NCBI GenBank assembly: GCA_039714075.1
Contig: JBDLKA010000031.1
Location: 1 to 34,393, forward strand
Source of the DNA: Candidatus Krumholzibacteriota bacterium
GTDB taxonomy: Bacteria; Krumholzibacteriota; Krumholzibacteriia; LZORAL124-64-63
Direction: 5' to 3'
DNA: 34,393 nucleotides
In this document: positions 9,001 through 14,770 of the stretch, piece after piece
Numbering within the stretch: position 1 is the first letter of the stretch
How the letters are laid out: each line of letters starts with the position of its first letter
Notes under the pieces: generated by a model
Told to the model about the DNA's origin: nothing
Seen by the model: the letters and a program-made list of their open reading frames with translations, nothing else
The model's database searches: none
Translations under genes and position numbers: made by a program

Positions 9001-9358
9001 GCGTGATGGCCTCTTCCATGTCGGTGCCGACAAGAAAGCGGGCCGTCGCCATGGAAAAGCTGGGGAAGCTGGAGGAGTAGACGTACTCGACATCCTCGAT
9101 TTCCCAGATCTTCTGCTCCATGGGCCGGGTGACCAGGTTTTCCACCTCTTCGGGGGTGGCGCCGGGCATCATGACCATCACGTCGATCATGGGCACGACG
9201 ATCTGGGGCTCTTCCTCGCGCGGCGTGAGCATCAGCGAGAACATGCCCAGCAGCAGCGTGGCGATGATCAGCAAAGGCGTGATCTTCGAGTTGATGAAGG
9301 TCTGGGCCAGGCCCGTGGCCCCGCCATAACGGGGAACGTTGTTGTCCTTGGAATCCAT
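6095..9358 (-). CDS. RND efflux permease (AcrB/AcrD/AcrF/CusA superfamily)
   Basis: 1087 aa, 12-TM RND layout with two large periplasmic loops; PREEEPQI, GIVIDATIIIVEN, VRNSVLLIDF, RFLPIALT. Confidence 0.95.
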   Translation of the reverse strand: MDSKDNNVPRYGGATGLAQTFINSKITPLLIIATLLLGMFSLMLTPREEEPQIVVPMIDVMVMMPGATPEEVENLVTRPMEQKIWEIEDVEYVYSSSFPSFSMATARFLVGTDMEEAITRMNNKMFGNADLWPQTITPPLIKVRSIDDVPMMTLTLWSDQYEGYDLRQLAAELKNEITSITDVSVTEIVGGRKRSVQVELDPQRMAAFNITTLSILPALEMQNKSLPSGSFAAGNNQFVVETGTFLRSATDVANLVVGSFAERPVRLMDIATITDGPAEVDSYTFLGVGPSGDQTGIGDDFPVGSEHPAVTISIAKRIGSDATRVAESVLAKVDRLKGTLVPEDVNITVTRNYGATAKDKAESLISNLGLAIFLAVVVVFLAMGWRGALIIFLSIPTTFSMTLFIYYIFGYTLNRVTLFALILVTGIVIDATIIIVENMHRHFQMKGDNSLKTALGAILEVGNPTILATLTVIASMMPMAFVRGLMGPYMRPMPIGASLAMVFSLLVALTISPWLAVRLLKPQARWRDDMVGDGTLKGEGADSYSLHQTPIYKVYNKLVRPLIEVPRKGVMALLIVAALTVASTFLFVTRTVQVKMLPFDNKSEFQVIIDTPEGTTLETTTQLAREIGDYLATVPEVMDYEIYSGIAAPVNFSGLVRHYMMRQGPNVADIQVNLVDKSQRSDQSHDMAKRVRGPIMELAGLYGASVKVVEVPPGPPVLSTLVAEVYGPTFEGRVEAAKQIKEIFESTPGVVDIDWYVEDDQTRYEVVVDTDRAAVRGVSTQQVSMTLGVALNGHDGGLVHMGPAAEPVPINVRLPLEDRSSTESLGNLYIYSQAGALIPLSDVVKVKESVNHKSRHRRNLKSVVYVTADVAGELESPVYAIMDMKKKIAELTMPDGTEIEQLSTVQPLTEEGYAMKWDGEWHITYEVFRDLGVSFAVVLVIIYLLIVGMFQNFTVPILMMIPIPLTLVGIIPGHLMFGAFFTATSMIGVIALAGIMVRNSVLLIDFIEARLKDGLELKEAVIEAGAVRFLPIALTAGTVVTGSFVMVFDPIFQGLAISLMMGSLLSTVLTVVVIPLAYYLYKLRVGN

Positions 9359-9359
9359 C

Positions 9360-10445
9360 CTACTTCACCACCCTGTCACCCTCGGCGAGGGGTTGCTGCG
9401 TGGACAGCACCACGGTTTCGGACCCGGTCAGTCCCGACAGGATTTCCAGGGAATCACCGATGGCCCGGCCCAGACGCACCCAGCGCAGATGGGCGGTGCC
9501 GTCTTCGCGGACGATCCAGATCCCGGTCAGCTGGCCGCGTCGGATCACGGCGCCGGTGGGCACCAGGACGGCCTGCCGCGTGCCGACCGGCACGCTGACC
9601 CGGGCGAACATGCCGCTCTTGAGTCGGGGGTCGGGATCGGGCAGGAGCACTTCGATGTCATAGGTGCGGCTGCCGGGATTGGCCGCCGGAATGACCTTGT
9701 CCAAAGGCGCGGTGAACACGGCGCCGTCCAGGGAGGTGATGTCGATGGTCACCGGATCGCCGACCTTGACCGAGGAGACATCCTTCTCGCCCAGGTGCGC
9801 GACGACCTTCATGGCGCCGGTGCTTTCCAGAGAGACCAGCGGCATGCCGGGGTTGGCCATGTCGCCCTCTTCGATCATCTTGCGCGCCACGACGCCTTCA
9901 GTGGGCGCGGTGACGGAAAGGTAGCTCAGGTGAACCTTCACTTCGGTGAGGCCCGCTTCAGCCATTTGCAGGCCGGCCGCGGCGCGGTCCCGGCCGGTGA
10001 GCACGTCGTCGAGCTGCTGCTTGGACACGGATTTTTCCGCGTACAGTTTCTCGAAGCGTTCGGCCATCTTCTGGGTGTTGGCCAGTACGGCTTTGGCCTC
10101 GATGATGCCAGCTTCGGCCTGGGCTTTTTTGGCCCTCAGGTCCGAGTCGTCGATGCTGACCAGCAGATCGCCCTTGGCCACGGTCTGGCCCTCGCGGACA
10201 TGGACCTTGCGGACCCAGCCCATCATGCGGGTCGAGACCATGACGGTCCGGCCGGCCTCAAGGCTGCCGGTGGCCGTCACCACGCGGGGCACCTCCTGAA
10301 GGCTGGCTTGTCCGGTGGTGCCCTGGACGTCCTGGCCGCGGGCCGCGGCCGTCTCGGATTTTTTCCCGCAGCCGCTCACGGCCATCAGGATGACCAGGAT
10401 CGCCGTCAGCGTAACGGCGTATCGGGTGGTGTTTCGAAGAGACAT
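9360..10445 (-). CDS. RND periplasmic adaptor (membrane fusion protein), lipoprotein
   Basis: Lipobox VSGC; lipoyl/hairpin motifs VREGQTVAKGDLL, APTEGVV, LKSGMFARV. Start moved to ATG 10445, which follows an AGGAGG SD. Confidence 0.93.
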   Translation of the reverse strand: MSLRNTTRYAVTLTAILVILMAVSGCGKKSETAAARGQDVQGTTGQASLQEVPRVVTATGSLEAGRTVMVSTRMMGWVRKVHVREGQTVAKGDLLVSIDDSDLRAKKAQAEAGIIEAKAVLANTQKMAERFEKLYAEKSVSKQQLDDVLTGRDRAAAGLQMAEAGLTEVKVHLSYLSVTAPTEGVVARKMIEEGDMANPGMPLVSLESTGAMKVVAHLGEKDVSSVKVGDPVTIDITSLDGAVFTAPLDKVIPAANPGSRTYDIEVLLPDPDPRLKSGMFARVSVPVGTRQAVLVPTGAVIRRGQLTGIWIVREDGTAHLRWVRLGRAIGDSLEILSGLTGSETVVLSTQQPLAEGDRVVK

Positions 10446-10465
10446 GAAAGGGATCCTCCTGTTGG

Positions 10466-11869
10466 TCATCGGTCCGCAACCGCGCCGGAAAATTCGAGGT
10501 TGGCCATGCCGACCTGGTAGTCGTGCAGGGCCTGGACGAGGTTGCCCTCGGCCATGATGGCGGCGGCCTGCGTGTCCAGCAGGTTGACCATGCTGGCCAG
10601 GCCTTCGCGATACTGGTTGGTGACGATGCGCAGGCCTTCGCGCGCGGCATCGACGGCGCCCCGGGCAACCATCACCTTTTCGTGGGCGGCCTGGGCGGTC
10701 AAAAGTGCTTCGGTGGCCTGGACCCGGGCCTGGCGGGTCTCGAACTGGACCATGTATTCGGCAGCCCTACTCTGGGCCTTGGCCTTCTTGATCTCACCGA
10801 TGTTCTGCATGCCCTTGAAGATGTCCCAGGTGGCGTACACGCCCAGGGACCAGCTGCGGGCGTCGTCGCCGAACACGTCTTCCTGGCTGTAGAAGTCGCG
10901 CTGCAGGCTCATGTTGATGTGGGGCAACATCGAACCCCGGGCCACGCCGACCATCTGGCCTGCGGCGTCGGCCTGCTCGCGGCGCGACAGGATGTCGCTG
11001 CGCCCCGCGCCCCCGAGGGAATCCATTTCGGCCACCAGGAACAGCTCGGCCCGCCGGTCCAGGGTGGATTCGGCGGCCAGGGGCAGATCGATTTGCACGG
11101 CGGTCAGCAGTTTGATGTTCTCGCCGGCCACGGCCATCATGTTGCGTACTTCGATGAGTTGCTGCTGCAGGCCGCTGAGGTAGACCTGGGCCTGGAGCAG
11201 ATCCGCTTCGGTGGCCATTTCGGCCTCGACCATCGACCGCGCCTGTTTCACATGGCCCTCGGCCGAGGTAACGGCCGCGACCATGACCTCTTCGTAGGCC
11301 TTGGCCAGGGCCAGACCCTCGAAGGCCTGGATGGCGTTGTACTCGATGGTCTCCCGGGCGCGTTGGTGGTCGTGTTCAGCCGCCCGGCTCATGGCGTTGG
11401 CCGCCTGCTTGCCGTTGATGCCCATCCCGCCGTTGAAGATGGGTTGCAGAAGCTGCAGCCGGGAGACGAAGTGGTTCGTCTCGCCGGGATTGTTCAGGGC
11501 CGGGATGTTCATCATGTCCTGCATGGTGACGGCCCGGTTCTGCAGCGTGTAGCCGAAGGCGTTCAGCGCGTCGTCCGACCGCAGGAAGAACGAGCCCAGC
11601 TGGACCTGGGGCAGAAACCCGCGCCAGGCCCCGGTGGCCTCGGCCCCGGCGGCGTCGCGCATGGCACCCGACGCGGCCAGCATCTCGTTCTGTTCCAGGG
11701 CCAGGGCGATCATCTTGTCGCGCGAGACGAACAAGGTGTCGCTGCGGATCTCACCGATGCGGGCCCAGGACGAATCCGGGGCGGCTTCGGTTTCAGCGCG
11801 GGCTCCCGGTGCCGCGGCCAGCGTCAGAACCGCCGCGGTCAGGGTGAGCCAGGAAATCGTTCGTTTCAT
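10466..11869 (-). CDS. TolC-family outer membrane efflux protein
   Basis: Signal peptide MKRTISWLTL...ARA; LLQPIFNGG, two OEP repeats, YREGLASMVNLLDTQ. Start moved to ATG 11869. Confidence 0.93.
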   Translation of the reverse strand: MKRTISWLTLTAAVLTLAAAPGARAETEAAPDSSWARIGEIRSDTLFVSRDKMIALALEQNEMLAASGAMRDAAGAEATGAWRGFLPQVQLGSFFLRSDDALNAFGYTLQNRAVTMQDMMNIPALNNPGETNHFVSRLQLLQPIFNGGMGINGKQAANAMSRAAEHDHQRARETIEYNAIQAFEGLALAKAYEEVMVAAVTSAEGHVKQARSMVEAEMATEADLLQAQVYLSGLQQQLIEVRNMMAVAGENIKLLTAVQIDLPLAAESTLDRRAELFLVAEMDSLGGAGRSDILSRREQADAAGQMVGVARGSMLPHINMSLQRDFYSQEDVFGDDARSWSLGVYATWDIFKGMQNIGEIKKAKAQSRAAEYMVQFETRQARVQATEALLTAQAAHEKVMVARGAVDAAREGLRIVTNQYREGLASMVNLLDTQAAAIMAEGNLVQALHDYQVGMANLEFSGAVADR

Positions 11870-11897
11870 GATCGACCTTCCGGATTTCCGTTCGTGT

Positions 11898-12098
11898 TTA
11901 CTGTCCGGCCTGCTCGGGCAGACCAATCTTCTTGAGAATGTTGTTCATCAGACACCAGCCGGTGATGCCGCTCTGCAGCAGGTTGATACCCACGAAAGCG
12001 GTGAACCAGAGCCACTTGGGGCTGACGTAATGGGCAAGCGCCAGGCTGCCCAAAATGAAGGCGCCGGCGACGATGTGGACCATTTTTTCGACGGTCAT
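11898..12098 (-). CDS. DUF2892 (YgaP-like transmembrane) small protein
   Basis: 66 aa, two TM helices, FVGINLLQSGITGWCLM...LKKIG motif with the conserved Cys; SD GGAGG. Confidence 0.88.
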   Translation of the reverse strand: MTVEKMVHIVAGAFILGSLALAHYVSPKWLWFTAFVGINLLQSGITGWCLMNNILKKIGLPEQAGQ

Positions 12099-12131
12099 GG
12101 GGGTTTCCTCCGTTGACGTTATTCGCTGAGC

Positions 12132-12193
12132 AGTTGCGAATATTCTAATATTATAGACTCGACATACAATAACCTATTCATCGGAAATGTCAA
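12132..12193 (-). promoter_or_regulatory. promoter and candidate operator of the DUF2892-RND operon
   Basis: TTGACA (12188-12193), 16 nt, TATTGT (12166-12171); downstream box ATATTAGAATATTCGCAACT (12132-12151) resembles the box at the ArsR promoter. Confidence 0.5.
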
Positions 12194-12298
12194 GTCCCTT
12201 GAATGTCAGGTCCCTTGGGTGCTGATTTGAGAGGGAATTCGGACCAAAAGATAACGCAAAACCGTAATTTTGACCCTGAATTTCAGTCTTGTTGCTCG

Positions 12299-12329
12299 AA
12301 AAAGGGGAACCCGGGTTGCCCCGGGTTCC
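12299..12329 (-). terminator. intrinsic terminator
   Basis: GGAACCCGGG-GCAA-CCCGGGTTCC (10 bp, GNRA loop) followed by CCTTTTT. Confidence 0.8.
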
Positions 12330-12373
12330 TGCCGGACGAGTTTTTCGGTCGACGCCGGATCAACCGGGCCGGA

Positions 12374-13012
12374 TTACCGGAAGAGCGCCTTCACGCCACC
12401 CCAGGATTCGGACTCGGTTCCCACCGGACTGCAACCAGGAATCTGGGCCCAGACGTGATCCGGCATCTCGATGTGCAGATCGTCGATCCACACGATGTCG
12501 CCGTCCACGCTGTAGGTGCGGGCCTCGATGACCAGGCCGGTGTTGCCCGTCACGGTGTAGCTGAAGGAGGTGTAGTCCCAGCCGGTGCCCGGACCGTAGT
12601 CCAGTTCGCCGCTCGCGCTGCCGCTGTAGCCGTCCGGGTTGCCGGGCAGCTCGTCGTTCCAGTGTCCCCAGATCCGGACCGAGGGCGCGGCGCCGGGGGT
12701 GGTGTCGTAGCGCCAGAAGCCAACGTCGATCACGTCACCGGGCAGCAGGTTCCAGAAAAAGACGATGAAAGCCTGCGGCGTGCTGCTCGGGGCGTTGTCT
12801 TCCAGTTTGAGGCTGAAATTCCCCGAATGGACGGGTTCGCCGTCCCAGCCGGCGACGTTGGTGGCGATGATGCTCGGAAGAGCCGGATCAGGATAGATGC
12901 CGAGCACGTCGCCGCCGTCTTCCCAGCCGTAATCGACGACGGTGACGGCCGTGGCGACGGAGGCGAGTCCCAGGATCAATACGAGTGTCAAAATCACGTT
13001 AGAAATTTTCAT
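12374..13012 (-). CDS. secreted beta-sandwich (CBM-like) protein with C-terminal SWGGVKALFR motif
   Basis: Signal peptide ending ATA; VHSGNFSLKL and VWIDDLHI resemble CBM4/9-like jelly-roll motifs; acidic and Gly/Pro/Trp-rich; SD GGGAG. Confidence 0.75.
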   Translation of the reverse strand: MKISNVILTLVLILGLASVATAVTVVDYGWEDGGDVLGIYPDPALPSIIATNVAGWDGEPVHSGNFSLKLEDNAPSSTPQAFIVFFWNLLPGDVIDVGFWRYDTTPGAAPSVRIWGHWNDELPGNPDGYSGSASGELDYGPGTGWDYTSFSYTVTGNTGLVIEARTYSVDGDIVWIDDLHIEMPDHVWAQIPGCSPVGTESESWGGVKALFR

Positions 13013-13307
13013 GATTTTCTCCCAAATGTTGGAGGGCGATCATCAACGACTTGGCTGATCGTGAGTGGGATCTCCCTATTCCACCGTCGATCATTGGGGC
13101 ACATCTGCCCATTGAAACCACATTTTCCTTTGGTCCATCTGAGCATAATAGCAACAAACAAGATTGAATCGCAACTGTTTATTACAGAAATTCGAATTTA
13201 ATTGATTACCTAGAAAAAAGGTAGGATTTGGGTGCCCGGTAGGTTTGATCTATATTATCCCACTCGGATCTGCCATGATTGAAAGGCACCGACTTACGGG
13301 AGTTGAA

Positions 13308-14261
13308 ATGCCCATTTCCTCGTCAAAAAGACTTCTGATCGTCAATCCCCGCGGTTTTTGCGCCGGGGTGGAGCGCGCCATCGAAGTCGTGGACCGGCTG
13401 CTGGAGACCAACGGGTCGCCGCTGTTCGTGCGCAAGGAGATCGTGCACAACAAGGCGGTGGTGGAGGATTTTCGGTCCCGGGGTGTCGTTTTCGTGGACG
13501 AGCTGGATGAAGTGCCGAACGGGGAAACGGTGGTTTTCAGCGCGCACGGCATTGCTCCGTCGGTTCGGCGGGAGGCGGAAAAGCGCAACCTGCGGGCCAT
13601 CGACGCCACCTGCCCGCTGGTGACTAAAGTCCACAACGTGGTTGTTCGCAACGTGGAAGAGGGCCGTCACATGCTGCTGATCGGCCATGCGGGCCACGAC
13701 GAGGTCCTGGGCACCATGGGGGAAGCGCCGGGCCGGATCACCCTGATTACCAGCGTGGAAGATGTCGCCGGGCTGGATTTCCCTCCCGACGCGGAACTGG
13801 CCCTTTCCACCCAGACCACCCTGAGCGTGGACGAAACCCGCGAAATCGTGGCCGCCCTGCGCGAGCGGTACCCCAATCTGGTCGAACCGCGCCGGAGCGA
13901 CATCTGTTACGCCACCCAGAATCGCCAGGACGCGGTGAAGGCTCTGGTCGCCGAGGGAATCGGCCATCTGCTGGTGGTGGGCTCGGCCAGCAGCAGCAAC
14001 AGCCGGCGGCTGTGCGAGGTCGCCGAAAACCTGGGGGTGCCCGCCACACTGATCGACGGGCCGGAAGACATCGTCCGGGAAAACCTGGCCCCCTTTGCCG
14101 CCATCGGCCTGACGGCCGGAGCGTCAGCGCCGGAACATTTGGTTCAGGCCGTGGTGGAAAACCTGGCCGCCGAAAATTGGCGGGCCGAAGAACTCGTTAC
14201 CCTCCAAGAAGATATAAAATTCAGCCTCCCTCCTGAACTGCTAGGAAATAAACCTGACTGA
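13308..14261 (+). CDS. ispH: 4-hydroxy-3-methylbut-2-enyl diphosphate reductase
   Basis: PRGFCAGVERAI, EIVHN, FSAHG, DATCPLVTKVH, QTTLS, DICYATQNRQ, SSNS, TAGASAP. ATG 13308 follows GGGAG. Confidence 0.97.
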   Translation: MPISSSKRLLIVNPRGFCAGVERAIEVVDRLLETNGSPLFVRKEIVHNKAVVEDFRSRGVVFVDELDEVPNGETVVFSAHGIAPSVRREAEKRNLRAIDATCPLVTKVHNVVVRNVEEGRHMLLIGHAGHDEVLGTMGEAPGRITLITSVEDVAGLDFPPDAELALSTQTTLSVDETREIVAALRERYPNLVEPRRSDICYATQNRQDAVKALVAEGIGHLLVVGSASSSNSRRLCEVAENLGVPATLIDGPEDIVRENLAPFAAIGLTAGASAPEHLVQAVVENLAAENWRAEELVTLQEDIKFSLPPELLGNKPD

Positions 14262-14294
14262 TTTATATCTATTAAGATTTGCATCAAATAGACT

Positions 14295-14347
14295 TTGACA
14301 TTCTTGGATGATGTTTCTACCATGGAAATGATGGAACATTTTCTACT
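14295..14347 (+). promoter_or_regulatory. ArsR gene promoter with candidate autoregulatory operator
   Basis: TTGACA (14295-14300), 17 nt, TACCAT (14318-14323), then pseudo-palindrome TGGAACATTTTCTA inside 14328-14347. Confidence 0.55.
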
Positions 14348-14413
14348 TCTTGCCGGGGGCAGGGAATGGTCCTGATTTTTCGGGACCGTACGGTTATTAA
14401 AGGGGGGGCCACC

Positions 14414-14770
14414 ATGGAATTCGAGGTTGTCGGAATGGAAAAGAAGCTCTACGAGATGCAGGCCGAGCTCTGCAAGACCCTGTCCAATCCCAAGAGACTG
14501 GAAATCCTGGATATCCTCAAGGAACGTGAGGAAATCTCGGTGAACAGTCTGGCCGAGATGCTGGAAATTCCCAAAGCCAACACCTCGCAGCATCTGGCCG
14601 TACTGCGGCAGGCCGGCGTGGTGAACACCCGCAAGGACGGAATCAACGTCTATTACAGCCTGAAATCCGCCAAGATTTCCGAAGCGTGCTCGTTGACCAG
14701 GCAGATCCTGCTCGAGCGTCTCGAGGACCATGTCAGTCTTTCGGATCTGATCAGGAAGACGGGGGACTAG
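14414..14770 (+). CDS. ArsR/SmtB family transcriptional regulator
   Basis: 118 aa; KTLSNPKRLEIL, SQHLAVLRQAGVV, RKDGINVYYSL winged HTH; two Cys (C20, C92). Confidence 0.92.
   Translation: MEFEVVGMEKKLYEMQAELCKTLSNPKRLEILDILKEREEISVNSLAEMLEIPKANTSQHLAVLRQAGVVNTRKDGINVYYSLKSAKISEACSLTRQILLERLEDHVSLSDLIRKTGD

Noticed and set aside
6074..9598. 1174-aa + strand ORF, and similar long antisense or alternate-frame ORFs (313-1311, 10523-11935, 14686-16434, 20575-21840, 21853-23346, 23443-24906, 30119-32815)
   Set aside because: These are shadows of well-supported genes on the opposite strand. High-GC codon bias suppresses antisense stops, and the translations show no family motifs.
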